A DNA stretch of 64,000 nt from an uncultured Acidobacteriota bacterium (GCA_963700145.1 OY969474.1:224001-288000), one strand, 5' to 3'; shown: positions 1 to 9,583, numbered from the stretch's first letter. Program-made: numbers and translations. Notes: a model not told the origin generated them from the letters alone.

Positions 1-1
1 G

Positions 2-1117
2 GGGCTGGCGCTCATTTCGCGCGGCGCCTACGCCGCGAAGTGGCTCGCCGAGCCGCTGGCGGTCGCGCCCTTCTGGCTGGCGGCGATCGCGGCGGGGCTC
101 TTCGCCGCGGCGCCGCTCGCCCGCCGGGTCGGGGGCGAAGCCGCCTGGCTCGGCGTCTGGACGTTCTGGGCGCTGCTCGCCCTGGTCGTCGGCGCGACGC
201 TCCCCGGCCTTTCCTTCCTCTTCATCGCGCCGGCGCTCGTCGCCGGGCTCGCCGGGGCGCTAGCTCCCGGCGCGGCGGTCACCGCGCTCCTGCCGCTCGC
301 CGCCGCCGGCGCCCTCTGGTTCCCGATCGTGCGCTTCCTGCCGGACGCGTTGGCCATGGGCATCCTGCCGACCGTCGCGGCGCTCGTCGGGCTGGCGACC
401 TCCGGCCTCGCGCCGCTGGCGGCGACGGTGGAGAAGCGCGCCGGCCGATGGGTCGCGGCCGGCCTCGCGCTCGCCGCCCTGGCCTTCGCCGGCTGGGGTC
501 TGGCGCTGCCGCCCTTCACGCCGGCGTCGCCGCAGGCGGTCAACGTTGGCTTCCACCAGGATTTCGACGCTGCCGGCCGCACCGTGCGGTCGCGCCTCTA
601 CAGCTACAGCGAGCCGCAGCGCCTGCCGCGCCCGCTGGCGGACGCGGCCGCCTGGCGCGACGAGCCGCAGCCGCTGTACCCGTGGGTCGATGTCGGCGTG
701 CTGGAGGCGCCGGCGGCGCCGCTCGCGCTGCCGCCGCCGGAGCTGGTCGTGGCGGGGAGCGGCCGCCTGCGGCTGGTCTCGCGCCGCGGGGCGCCGATCG
801 TCGGGATCGCCCTGCCGCCGGACGCCGGGGTGCGGGGAGCGACGGTGGCTGGCACGCCGGTGCCGGAGGCGGCGGCGGAGCCCGGCTGGCGGGTCTTCAC
901 CTACACCGGGGCGCCGCCGGAGGGGGTCGAGGTGGAGCTGGCGCGCGACGGCGGGGGACTGATCGAGGCCTACGTCTTCGATCGCTCGTACGGCCTGCCG
1001 CCGGAGGGGGAGCAGGTGGTCCGTCGCCGCCCGACGACCGCGGTGCCCCTCGGTGGCGGGGACGTGACCGTGTTCACGCGAGCGGTGCGGCTGCCAGGAA
1101 AAACGCCCGGCACGTAG
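2..1117 (+). CDS. 5'-truncated multi-pass membrane protein, probably the C-terminal half of an M28-family (ERMP1-like) peptidase
   Basis: The frame of ORF 329..1117 is open from base 2 (GLALISRGAYAAKWLAEPL...). Several hydrophobic helices are followed by a soluble C-terminal domain. The catalytic domain lies outside the window, so the family call is architecture-based. Confidence 0.5.
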   Translation, partial: GLALISRGAYAAKWLAEPLAVAPFWLAAIAAGLFAAAPLARRVGGEAAWLGVWTFWALLALVVGATLPGLSFLFIAPALVAGLAGALAPGAAVTALLPLAAAGALWFPIVRFLPDALAMGILPTVAALVGLATSGLAPLAATVEKRAGRWVAAGLALAALAFAGWGLALPPFTPASPQAVNVGFHQDFDAAGRTVRSRLYSYSEPQRLPRPLADAAAWRDEPQPLYPWVDVGVLEAPAAPLALPPPELVVAGSGRLRLVSRRGAPIVGIALPPDAGVRGATVAGTPVPEAAAEPGWRVFTYTGAPPEGVEVELARDGGGLIEAYVFDRSYGLPPEGEQVVRRRPTTAVPLGGGDVTVFTRAVRLPGKTPGT

Positions 1118-1172
1118 GCCGGGCGCTACGAATCTTTGCGCCGTAGCGCCCGGGCTACGTCCCGGGCGTTCT
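1100..1172. repeat. Inverted pair of GTAG-type REP elements between convergent genes
   Basis: 1100..1129 aaaacgcccggcacgtaggccgggcgctac is nearly the reverse complement of 1143..1172 gtagcgcccgggctacgtcccgggcgttct. Each unit is itself a hairpin beginning with GTAG. Confidence 0.8.
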
Positions 1173-1180
1173 CCGTGCCG

Positions 1181-1513
1181 CTACTCGCCCTTCTGCGCGA
1201 TCGAGGCCACCTTGATGGTCGTCCCCTCGACCGACCCCTTGACGATCACCTCGTGGCCGAGGTGCTCCAGGGCCAGCTCCTGGTTGTCGAGCTTGTAGAG
1301 CTGCTCGTCGGCCGGGTTGTAGAGGACCAGCGTGCCGCCGTTGCCGAGGCACTTCTCGGCGCAGGCCTTGTGCTCGGCGTTAGCGCCCTTGGCGCCGCAG
1401 CTGTCGTCGGTGATCCAGCCGGTCCACTCGCCGTCGCGGGGCTGGGCGGAGAGAGGGAGACCGGCGGCGAGGACGAGGAGCAGCGCGCAGAGCGCGATCA
1501 TCGCTTTGTGCAT
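1181..1513 (-). CDS. Small secreted Cys-containing protein (DUF5818-like)
   Basis: ATG at 1513 follows an AGGAGG RBS. It has a signal peptide MHKAMIALCALLLVLAAGLPLSA and the motif GWITDDSCGA...KACAEKC...YKLDNQ...VIVKG. Confidence 0.7.
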   Translation of the reverse strand: MHKAMIALCALLLVLAAGLPLSAQPRDGEWTGWITDDSCGAKGANAEHKACAEKCLGNGGTLVLYNPADEQLYKLDNQELALEHLGHEVIVKGSVEGTTIKVASIAQKGE

Positions 1514-1555
1514 GTTCGTTCCTCCTGAGAGAGCCCGCAGCCTATCATCCGCCCC

Positions 1556-2332
1556 GTGCCGACCCTCCGCCTGACGCTGGAGTACGAGGGGACCCGCTAC
1601 CGCGGCTGGCAGGAGCAGAAGAACGCGCGCTCGGTGGCGGGGGAGCTGCGGCGGGCGGTCGAGGAGGTGGCGGGCGCGGTGGGGGAGCTGGGCGGCTCCG
1701 GGCGGACCGACGCCGGCGTCCACGCGCTGGCGCAGGTGGCGCACCTGCGGCTGGCGCGCAAGGTCGAGCCCGAGCGCTTCCGCCGCGAGGTGAACGACCG
1801 CCTGCCGCCCGACATCCACCTCCTCGCCGCCGCCGCCGCGCCCGACCGCTTCCACGCCCGCCACGACGCCGTCCTGCGCAGCTACCTCTACCAGGTCTCG
1901 ACCCGCCGCACCGCCCTCGCCAAGCGCTTCGTCTGGTGGGTCAAGCGCCCGCTCGACGTCGGCGCCATGCGCGCCGCGGCGGCGCACCTGGCGGGCAAGC
2001 ACGACTTCCGGCTCTTCTGCGAGAAGCCGGCCGAGCAGACCTCGACCCTCGTCGTCGTCGAGCGGGCGGAGCTGGCGGCGGACGGCGCGCTCGTCCTCGT
2101 CCGCCTCGCCGCCTCCCACTTCCTCTGGAAGATGGTGCGGCGCGTCACCGGCGCGCTCGTCGAGGTGGGGAGCGGGGCGCTCGGGGTCGAGGACTTCGCG
2201 GCGCTCGTCGCCGGGTGCGGCAAGGCACACGCCGAATGGACCGCGCCGCCGTCGGGACTCTTCCTCGAGCGCGTGGTCTATCCTGGCGATCCGCCGCTCG
2301 GGCCGCTGGCCGCGGCGGTGCCGGTCCGATGA
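1556..2332 (+). CDS. truA: tRNA pseudouridine synthase A
   Basis: Motifs LEYEGTRYRGWQ, GRTDAGVHA (catalytic Asp), FHARHDA, GKHDF, FLWKMVR and TAPPSGLFL. Confidence 0.93.
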   Translation: MPTLRLTLEYEGTRYRGWQEQKNARSVAGELRRAVEEVAGAVGELGGSGRTDAGVHALAQVAHLRLARKVEPERFRREVNDRLPPDIHLLAAAAAPDRFHARHDAVLRSYLYQVSTRRTALAKRFVWWVKRPLDVGAMRAAAAHLAGKHDFRLFCEKPAEQTSTLVVVERAELAADGALVLVRLAASHFLWKMVRRVTGALVEVGSGALGVEDFAALVAGCGKAHAEWTAPPSGLFLERVVYPGDPPLGPLAAAVPVR

Positions 2333-2985
2333 ACCTCCTCCACACCGCCCACGTCCCGGCCGGCGACGGGCCGTTTCCGACGGTCCTGGCCATCCACGGC
2401 TGGGGAGCGAGCGCGCACGACCTGCTGGGCTTGGCGCCGCTCCTCCACGGCGGCCGCGCGCTCGTCCTCTGCCCCGAGGGGGAGGTCGAGGTGCCGATCG
2501 GCGGCGGCATGGTCGGGCACGGCTGGTTCCCGCTGACCTTGAACGCGCCGCCGGACCTGCCCGCCTTCCGCCGCGGCGCCGACGCCCTGCGCGCCTTCCT
2601 CGACGCGGCGCTGGAGCGCTATCCGATCGACCCCAAGCGCCTGGTGGCCTTGGGCTTCAGCCAGGGGGGCGCCCTGGCCTACGACCTCGTGCTCAGCGAC
2701 CCCGCCCGCTTCGCCGGCCTCGCCGCGCTGTCGTCCTGGTTCCCGCGCGAGGTCGCGGCCGAGATCGAGAAGAAGCCCGAGCACGAGGGGCTGCCGGTCC
2801 TCATCCTCCACGGCACCCGCGACCAGCTCCTCGGGGTCGAGCGCGCCCGCGAGTCGCGCGAGGCCGTCCGCCCCTACGGCGTCGCCCTCACCTACCGCGA
2901 GCTGGAGATGGGCCACGAGATCAACGCCGAGGCCCTGCGCCTCCTCGTCCGCTGGCTCGACGAAAAGGCCCTGGCGTCCCCGTAG
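2329..2985 (+). CDS. Phospholipase/carboxylesterase (alpha/beta hydrolase)
   Basis: ATGA overlap with the truA stop. Motifs HGWG, GFSQGG nucleophile elbow, HGTRD and MGHEI. Confidence 0.88.
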   Translation: MNLLHTAHVPAGDGPFPTVLAIHGWGASAHDLLGLAPLLHGGRALVLCPEGEVEVPIGGGMVGHGWFPLTLNAPPDLPAFRRGADALRAFLDAALERYPIDPKRLVALGFSQGGALAYDLVLSDPARFAGLAALSSWFPREVAAEIEKKPEHEGLPVLILHGTRDQLLGVERARESREAVRPYGVALTYRELEMGHEINAEALRLLVRWLDEKALASP

Positions 2986-3011
2986 CGCCCGGCCCACGTG
3001 CCGGGCGTTTT
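2982..3011 (+). repeat. GTAG-type REP element (third copy)
   Basis: gtagcgcccggcccacgtgccgggcgtttt matches the copies at 1100-1172 and overlaps the esterase stop codon. Confidence 0.8.
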
Positions 3012-3086
3012 GCACACCGAGCTGCACAAAGGCGATAGAGCGGTTAGAATAAACTCCACAACTGGCTCTTCTCGAAGGAGGACTCC

Positions 3087-4316
3087 ATGCGCCCGAACCC
3101 GTTCCGTTGGTTGACCGCCCTTCTCCTCTTGACCGCCCTGGCCGTCCCGGCCGGCGCCGCGGTCGGCCCCCTGAGCACCGAGTTCCGCGTCAACCCCACC
3201 AACGACTTCCGGCAGGTGAACCCGGTGGCCGCCTTCGCGCCGTCGGGCGCCGCCCTCGTCGTCTGGGAGAACGACCAGGCCGGCATCCGCGGCCGGTTCC
3301 ACAACCTCCGCGGCGTCGCCCTCGGCGACCAGCTCACGCTGGTGGCGAACCAGGGGCTCGGCGGCGGCCGCGAGGGCGAGGTGCGCTTCCGCAAGGAGCC
3401 CGCCCTGGCCTTCCTCCCGAACGGCCAGTTCCTCCTCGCCTGGACCGAGGAGCGGATGTTCGTGCGGTCCTACCCCTACATCGAGGAGCGGGACGTCCGC
3501 GACCAGGACGTCCTCGTGCAGCGCTTCGACGCGACCGGCCGGCCGTCCGGCGACCGCTTCCGCGTCAACGCCCAGGAGGCCGGCCTCCAGTCCGCGCCGG
3601 AGCTCGCCCTCCTCGCCAACGGCAACGCGCTCGTCGTCTGGGAGAGCAAGGCCGGCGAGGGCAGGACGCTCGTCGCGCGGCCGATCACCCGCCTCGGCCG
3701 CCCGAACGGCGACGAGATCGTTCTGAGCTCCCATCCGGAGGCCGGCCGCGCCGCGGTCGCCGCCGGCCGCGGCGGCTTCCTGGTCACCTGGGACGAGAAC
3801 GGCGCCGGCACCGGCGAAGTCTTCGGACGGCTCATCGGCGCCTCGGGCCAGGCGCAAGGCGCCGCCTTCGCCGTGACCTCCGGGATCGGCTCGAAGCGCT
3901 GGTCGGCGGTCGCCGCCGGCGCCGACGGCAACTACCTCGTCGCCTGGCACAACACCCTCGAGCGCGGAGTCGTCCACATCTACGGCCAGTTCCTGGGCGC
4001 GGCCGGCGGCTTCCTCGGCGCGCCGTTCCAGATCAGCGGCAGTACCCGTTCGCAGGTCGCCCCCGCCCTGGCCGCCGCCCGCAGCGGCTTCATCGCCACC
4101 TGGCGCGAGTCGTACCCCTCCGGCCTGGGCATCCGCGCCATCGAGCTCGACCACCTCGGCGCCCGCGTCGGCGACGAGATCGAAGTGACCAGGACCGGCG
4201 TGTCGAAGAACTACCGCACCAACGTCGCCGCCGACGGCAAGGGCGGCTTCCTCGTCCCCTGGGAAACCGGCTTCCGCGGCAGGCGAGTCATCGCGGCGAG
4301 GAGCCTCGGGCAGTAG
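3087..4316 (+). CDS. Secreted protein with ~60-aa repeats (probable beta-propeller)
   Basis: AAGGAGG RBS and a signal peptide. Recurrent (E/R/A/P)F(R/A/Q)(V/I)...P.VA...G..LV.W units. Confidence 0.75.
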   Translation: MRPNPFRWLTALLLLTALAVPAGAAVGPLSTEFRVNPTNDFRQVNPVAAFAPSGAALVVWENDQAGIRGRFHNLRGVALGDQLTLVANQGLGGGREGEVRFRKEPALAFLPNGQFLLAWTEERMFVRSYPYIEERDVRDQDVLVQRFDATGRPSGDRFRVNAQEAGLQSAPELALLANGNALVVWESKAGEGRTLVARPITRLGRPNGDEIVLSSHPEAGRAAVAAGRGGFLVTWDENGAGTGEVFGRLIGASGQAQGAAFAVTSGIGSKRWSAVAAGADGNYLVAWHNTLERGVVHIYGQFLGAAGGFLGAPFQISGSTRSQVAPALAAARSGFIATWRESYPSGLGIRAIELDHLGARVGDEIEVTRTGVSKNYRTNVAADGKGGFLVPWETGFRGRRVIAARSLGQ

Positions 4317-4325
4317 GGCTGGCTT

Positions 4326-4453
4326 GTAGGGGCGGAGCTCGTCTCCGCCCCAGCCTTGTCATCCCAGGCGGTCCCCGCCTTGTCACCCCAAGCGGCCCCC
4401 GCCTTGTCATTCCGAGCGGCGCCGCCTGTCATCCCGAGCGCAGCGAGGGATCT
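4326..4453. repeat. Intergenic repeat cluster: GTAG hairpin plus four ~22-24 bp tandem units
   Basis: gtaggggcggagctcgtctccgcccc hairpin, then four degenerate gcc(t)tgtcatcccgagcg units, the last running into cagcgagggatct. Confidence 0.65.
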
Positions 4454-4534
4454 GGGCGGGGGGCTCCTATCTTCTGTGTTACCCTAGCTTTCGGCCCCGG
4501 CGGACCCGCGCCCACCCGCGGCCCCCGCCACCAC

Positions 4535-4610
4535 GTCCCCATCGTCTAGAGGCCTAGGACTCCGCCCTTTCAAGGCGGCAACACGGGTTCGAATCCCGTT
4601 GGGGATACCA
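4535..4610 (+). tRNA. tRNA-Glu (anticodon TTC)
   Basis: GTCCCCA/TGGGGAT acceptor stem, anticodon arm CCGCC-CTTTCAA-GGCGG, T-loop GGTTCGAATCC and encoded CCA; 76 nt. Confidence 0.97.
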
Positions 4611-4624
4611 CTGTGGGGCTTTGG

Positions 4625-7600
4625 TTAAGTCTGAATCGCTAACCCTTCCAACCGCAGAAAGTGCACCGTCCCCCCCACGTCGCCAGCGACCAGAGTTCTT
4701 CCATCTGGCATGACGGTTAGAGAGCTCAGGCTCGTATCTAGGTGGAGGTTCACTACGGGTCTACCGATCTTCAGGTCCCATAGCTTAATCGTCTGATCCT
4801 GGCTGGCAGAGGCAAGGAGCTTCGGAGAGATAGAGGCCAGGCCAGTCACCGCACTCTCATGCCCCCTGAGCAACTGGACGGTTTCCTTTGAACCCAGATT
4901 CCAGATGCGAATTGTATTGTCGAGCGACCCCGAGGCGAGAAGGTTCCGATCGACGACTGCCAGGGACACAACTCCTTTCTCGTGACCTCGGAGATAAAAG
5001 GTCCCTCGATCCGATGGCGCTGACAATTCCAGGTGAAACACCAAACCACCATAGGTGCCGAAGATGATGAATCGGCCATCAACGGCGCAAAGTGCCCCCA
5101 CGCCATTCGGGAAGACTGGGAGGTCCGCCACCTTCTGGCCGCTAGCGATATGCCAGACTTGAATCCCCTGATCGCTTGTCAGAGGATCGACTGGTGCCGC
5201 GAGAATAAGATCGCGGTCGAATACAGCAAGGGCTCCGACTTTCTGCGGGCATTGGATGGTGTTCAGCAATTCGCCCGTTCGCGGATTCCAGATACGAATG
5301 GTGCCTTCCGAAGAAGAAGACGATGCCACACGCTCCGAGCCAAGGGCGCAGACGGAACTAACCGCTTCCGAGTGGCCCTCAAGAGATCGTAAGAGCACAC
5401 CTTCCGCCGCATTCCAAACATGCACAGGGCCGTCCGACGAGGTAGAGACGGCGGTCGCGGCGTCGAGCGCAGCGACGGCGTAGACGCTTCCGGGGGGTTT
5501 CTCGCTTACTCTAGCCCGAAGAGTCTCAATCGCCCATACGGAGAGTCTGCCATCCTTCGAACCACAAAGCAGATGACTTGTACCAAAACGCGCCAGCGCG
5601 GTCACGCCGCCACCTGGAACGTGAATCTCGGTGCCTACTACAGTGCCAGTCTCGGGATTCCACAGTTGAATCTCAGAGAGCCCGCCAACTGGTGAGACAC
5701 CAAGATCTCTCCCTAACACACAAAGTGCATCCAAACTGACAGAGCGATACCTGAGGGATCGCCGAGGCTTGGTCTCTCGAGACAGCGGCTTCCAGATTTG
5801 AATCTCTCCAGCGCAAGTGCCGAGGATCACTTCGCTCGAAGTCCTGACTTCCAATGCCTCTCCGGCAAACACGGGGAGCGTAAGGGTTTTGAGCTGCCGG
5901 CCGCTGGGAAGATTCCACACCCTAAGAGTTCGGTCCTTGCCGATGGAGACCATCGTGCGAGCATCGAGGTAGCCGATGCCGTTGATTTTCGATTCATGGC
6001 CAAGGAAAGCCCGCAACGGCCGCTCTGCGTCGATACGCCAGCGGAGTAGGGTCCCGTCCTCGGCACCAGAAATGAATTCCCCGTCACGCGCCCGGAGCGC
6101 GGTAATAGGCGAGTCGTGTTCCGCGAAGCTTCGGATGACCTTCTCTCCGGCAAGATCCCAGAGCCGAATAACACCATCGTCGGAGGCTGCGAGCAGCCGG
6201 TTTGGGGTGATCATCGCTAGATGCCGAATGGGGCTGCTAGTTCCGTAAATAGTTGCGACCAGCTCGCCAGAGGCAAAGTCCCAAAGATGGATCGCACCAT
6301 CGGTCCCTGCTGTTGCAAGACGGTTCTCATCCAACTGGGCAATCGCCCGAATTTCGCCTTGATGAGCTTGGAGGGAATACGTGAGCGGGTCATTTGGCCT
6401 TCGAAGTGTCGGGGCAAGGGGCCGAAGCCAGGATGTGGTGTGATCAACGACTGCTCCTCCGAGAAGGCTCGCGATTCTCGCGGACGAGGAGCTCTCAAGC
6501 CGGCCGTGCAGGTGGCTGGGTAGCTGAGAGAGATCCTTCATGAGGACGCTGCGGGAAAGAAGAAGTGCTTCCCGAACGGACTTGGCGTCCCCGTTGCCCG
6601 CAAGGAGCTCATAGTCGGCCATGGCCGCGTTCACATCGGTTGCGGAAAGCTTCCTCTCGAGCCAGGCATAGGAAAAGAGCAGCTCCTCGAGAACGTGCTC
6701 TCTGCCGCTCTCCTTCAGATGGTAGGGAAGTCGCGCTACGAAGTATCGATGGGGCTCTCCGTCTTGCCTATCGGCCTCAATCCTCTGGAGCTCAAGGTAG
6801 CTGTCCACCAAGGCTCCCTGGTAAGACTGCGTCTCGGCCCTATGCTCCCGTAGGAGGTAAGCGCGCATCACGTCGTGAAGCTGAATCCAGCGGCCGACTG
6901 GATCGAACCGGTAGAGCAGAGACATCTCCGCCAGCCGGCGGCAGACGCGGGCAACCTCTTGCTCTCCTGTCTTCCAAAGTAGCTGAAGCACAGGCAAGGG
7001 GATACGCTCATCTTCTGGGAAGACGGCCAGCCGTGCGTAATGCTCCCGGTCCTCGGATGAAAGGCGCTGGAGGCTCGCGTCAACGGTCCGTCGAACGGCA
7101 AGGTTCCTGGCCTCCTCGTCTTCGCGATCGAAGGCTGTGAGTCCCATCTCCCCGAGTGTCTCTTCTACGATCCGAAAGGCCTCGTTGGCGGCAACACCAT
7201 CACGGTACTCCTCCCGTAGCTGGGCGTTGACCAGCTTGAGAAGGATTGGCCACTCTCCGAGCTTTGCTGCCAATCGCTCAAGCGTGGACACCGTAGGAAG
7301 AGGACTCAAGCCCTGTCCCAAGAGCTCTACTGCTCGCGGGACCTCAAGGGCATCGACCACCACCGTATGGGCAGCGGTCGGCAGCGCTCGAGTGTTACGC
7401 GTGGTGATCAGCAGTGAAGCCGGAGTCGCGATCCCGGCGAAGGGCGCCACGTCCGCGGCAAGCCACACGTCGTCCAGCACCAAGAGCACCCGCTGGCCGG
7501 ACAGACTTTCGCGGAGAAAGCCTGCTGCGGACTCCAGCGTCTCATACGAAGGTTGCTCCTTCCGGGTCCACCAACGCAGCAGATCTCTGACCCTAGCCAA

Positions 7601-8326
7601 ACGTTGTGCTTCATTGAGACGTTCCCCAAGTGTGATCCAGAGGATGCCAGCCGCAAAACGCTTCCTCACCAGCTCGTGCTCGCAGACCGCCTGGGCAAGA
7701 GCTGTCTTTCCGAACCCGCCTGCTCCACGGAGCGCCGTTGTTAGAGCTACCGTCGCCGCGACCTGGTCCCCAGCCGGTGGCTCTCGCGTAAGCACCTCCA
7801 CTACCGCTTCAAGCTCTTGGCGTTGTACAAACCTGTCTGACGGCGGCGCCATCGAGCGGTAGGGAGGAGAGATCGAAGTGTCTTCTGAGTCGGGGGCAGC
7901 GTTCAGGTTTCCTTGAATTCCGTCTACCAGTTGGTGAAGTGCTTTGGGATCGCCGAGGCTGTTCGCAAAGTTCACATGAAGGAAATGCCGTAGCGAGTAT
8001 GGAATCTCACTCCTGAGCGCCCCTGGCAGCATCACGACAATGATTCTGTAGGCTGGGTCCTCGATCGCTCGCTGGACTGCAACGTCGATCTCGAACTTCT
8101 GATAATTGCTGAGCCCACTAGGCCCCAGCAGCACTGCGCACGCAAGACTCCCTGAGAGGGCAGCAGGAATTTCTGCCGGCAGGCTGGCTCCGGCTACCAG
8201 GCCGCGGTCGTCAAGGAAAACTCGGAGGCCATTATCTCTTAGTTTCTTGTCCAGCCATAACACCGCTGCCTTTTCACGGCTGTTATGCGAGAGAAAAACA
8301 TCGTAGAGTGCGCTGGAGGTAATCAT
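4625..8326 (-). CDS. TIR - NB-ARC (STAND) - Apaf-1-like helical - WD40 repeat protein (bacterial NLR-like)
   Basis: TIR motif YDVFLSHNS...FEI, Walker A GAGGFGKT, Walker B LLVLDDVW, WPILL (GxP-like) and LHD. Apaf-1-type LPYHL...LL..YAWLERKL precedes many GH...WD repeats. Confidence 0.9.
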   Translation of the reverse strand: MITSSALYDVFLSHNSREKAAVLWLDKKLRDNGLRVFLDDRGLVAGASLPAEIPAALSGSLACAVLLGPSGLSNYQKFEIDVAVQRAIEDPAYRIIVVMLPGALRSEIPYSLRHFLHVNFANSLGDPKALHQLVDGIQGNLNAAPDSEDTSISPPYRSMAPPSDRFVQRQELEAVVEVLTREPPAGDQVAATVALTTALRGAGGFGKTALAQAVCEHELVRKRFAAGILWITLGERLNEAQRLARVRDLLRWWTRKEQPSYETLESAAGFLRESLSGQRVLLVLDDVWLAADVAPFAGIATPASLLITTRNTRALPTAAHTVVVDALEVPRAVELLGQGLSPLPTVSTLERLAAKLGEWPILLKLVNAQLREEYRDGVAANEAFRIVEETLGEMGLTAFDREDEEARNLAVRRTVDASLQRLSSEDREHYARLAVFPEDERIPLPVLQLLWKTGEQEVARVCRRLAEMSLLYRFDPVGRWIQLHDVMRAYLLREHRAETQSYQGALVDSYLELQRIEADRQDGEPHRYFVARLPYHLKESGREHVLEELLFSYAWLERKLSATDVNAAMADYELLAGNGDAKSVREALLLSRSVLMKDLSQLPSHLHGRLESSSSARIASLLGGAVVDHTTSWLRPLAPTLRRPNDPLTYSLQAHQGEIRAIAQLDENRLATAGTDGAIHLWDFASGELVATIYGTSSPIRHLAMITPNRLLAASDDGVIRLWDLAGEKVIRSFAEHDSPITALRARDGEFISGAEDGTLLRWRIDAERPLRAFLGHESKINGIGYLDARTMVSIGKDRTLRVWNLPSGRQLKTLTLPVFAGEALEVRTSSEVILGTCAGEIQIWKPLSRETKPRRSLRYRSVSLDALCVLGRDLGVSPVGGLSEIQLWNPETGTVVGTEIHVPGGGVTALARFGTSHLLCGSKDGRLSVWAIETLRARVSEKPPGSVYAVAALDAATAVSTSSDGPVHVWNAAEGVLLRSLEGHSEAVSSVCALGSERVASSSSSEGTIRIWNPRTGELLNTIQCPQKVGALAVFDRDLILAAPVDPLTSDQGIQVWHIASGQKVADLPVFPNGVGALCAVDGRFIIFGTYGGLVFHLELSAPSDRGTFYLRGHEKGVVSLAVVDRNLLASGSLDNTIRIWNLGSKETVQLLRGHESAVTGLASISPKLLASASQDQTIKLWDLKIGRPVVNLHLDTSLSSLTVMPDGRTLVAGDVGGTVHFLRLEGLAIQT

Positions 8327-8346
8327 GAGCGATTAGAAAAAATTCT

Positions 8347-8595
8347 TCATCCTCCGACCGTCAACCCAGACGCCGCTGGCCCTTGATCCTCCCACCCTAC
8401 GAGTTCCTCGCCGATGCCGGAAGCTGGGCCGTACGCGGCCGCATACCGCTCGGCGATCTCACGCCTACCGCGGCGGCTGAGATACTCCTCGGCAGCACGC
8501 CGTAGGACCGCTGAGCGCCCGTATTTCTTCACCTCAGGAGTCGCGTCCAGGCGCCCTAGCAGCTCCTCCTCCAGGATCACCGTTACAGCCTTCAT
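8347..8595 (-). CDS. Ribbon-helix-helix (CopG-type) antitoxin-like protein, no adjacent toxin
   Basis: MKAVTVILEEELLGRLD...RSAVLRRAAEEYL...IAERYAAAY fits the RHH antitoxin pattern. Confidence 0.7.
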   Translation of the reverse strand: MKAVTVILEEELLGRLDATPEVKKYGRSAVLRRAAEEYLSRRGRREIAERYAAAYGPASGIGEELVGWEDQGPAASGLTVGG

Positions 8596-8819
8596 GTGGA
8601 GATTCTATGTTCAGGGCAGTCACGAGAAGCCGACCGCAGAGAAGAGGGGGGTGCGAACATCGTGAGAGAGCGGCTCGAGGGCTCATTGGAGCTCCGTCCG
8701 GCGAATAGGCGATCGCCTCAGTCGTTGAGGCGTCCAGCTGCCCGGTGCGGTTATTCGGCCGCTGGAACAGCCAGCGCGGCCGGCGAATTGACCCACGGCG
8801 CGCCGTTTGGAGAAGGAAA

Positions 8820-8970
8820 GGCCGCGATTGGGGTAGGTATGCCGGCGATTGGGACACCTACAGCGGCGATGGGGCAGGCACACGCGCGAAAGGCGCCGGT
8901 ACGGCGGCGAAGGGGATGGGTACGCGCGCGAATGGGACGGGTACGGCGGCGATTGGGCTGGGTATGGCGC
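8820..8970. repeat. Degenerate 21-bp-period tandem array (~7 units)
   Basis: Units such as cggcggcgaaggggatgggta, cgcgcgcgaatgggacgggta and cggcggcgattgggctgggta. Confidence 0.65.
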
Positions 8971-9181
8971 TTACCTGCGCCATACACCCGCGAATGGGAT
9001 AGATCGGCCGAGTGCCTGCTCCAAACGCCGATCGACGGTCCGGCCACGGCGGTGATGGCCGCCGAGCGCTGGGCCGGCGCGCTCCATCTCCCGCAGGACC
9101 TCGCGCTTCGGCCGCGGACCCATCCCGTTCGCCGCTCAAACCTGTAGCTACGGGGTATCTACTCCGACTTGGGATGGTGGA

Positions 9182-9421
9182 ATGATGGCTCGGCGAGCGA
9201 AGCTGTTCCAGAGCAGTGGAAGCCAGGCGGTCCGCCTGCCCAGGGAGTTCCGCTTCGAGGGGCAGGAGGAAGTCGTGATCTACCGCGAGGGTGAAAGAGT
9301 CATCCTCGAACCGGCGCGGCGCCGGTGGAGCGAGGGGTTCCTGCAACTCGCCGGCAGCGCGCCTGACTTTCCCTACCCCGAAGAGCCGCCACCCGCCGAA
9401 CGGGGTCCGGATCTCGATTGA
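9182..9421 (+). CDS. vapB: VapB/VagC-type antitoxin (AbrB fold)
   Basis: AKLFQSSGSQAVRLPREFRF...VVIYREGERVILEP signature. Confidence 0.88.
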   Translation: MMARRAKLFQSSGSQAVRLPREFRFEGQEEVVIYREGERVILEPARRRWSEGFLQLAGSAPDFPYPEEPPPAERGPDLD

Positions 9422-9520
9422 GGTTCCTCCTCGACACGAACGTCCGCCACGGACAACGTCAGGGAGTTCGGGCGCATCGAGACTCTCCGGGTGGAGACTT
9501 GGCGAGTCCCTCGGCCGTAG
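9418..9520 (+). pseudogene. vapC: Internally deleted VapC (PIN) toxin remnant
   Basis: A TTG start overlapping the vapB stop gives LRFLLDTNV. This is joined out of frame to the C-terminal motif ATDNVREFGRIETLRVETW. The central part of the PIN domain is missing. Confidence 0.82.
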
Positions 9521-9537
9521 ACTTGTAGCCACTCTCT

Positions 9538-9569
9538 GATGCAGATCGAGGCGTGCTTCGATCTGCATC
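9538..9569 (+). promoter_or_regulatory. Inverted repeat upstream of the second vapB (candidate autorepression operator)
   Basis: Perfect 12-bp arms gatgcagatcga / tcgatctgcatc directly before the AAGGAGG RBS. Confidence 0.55.
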
Positions 9570-9583
9570 GAAGGAGGCGGCTG

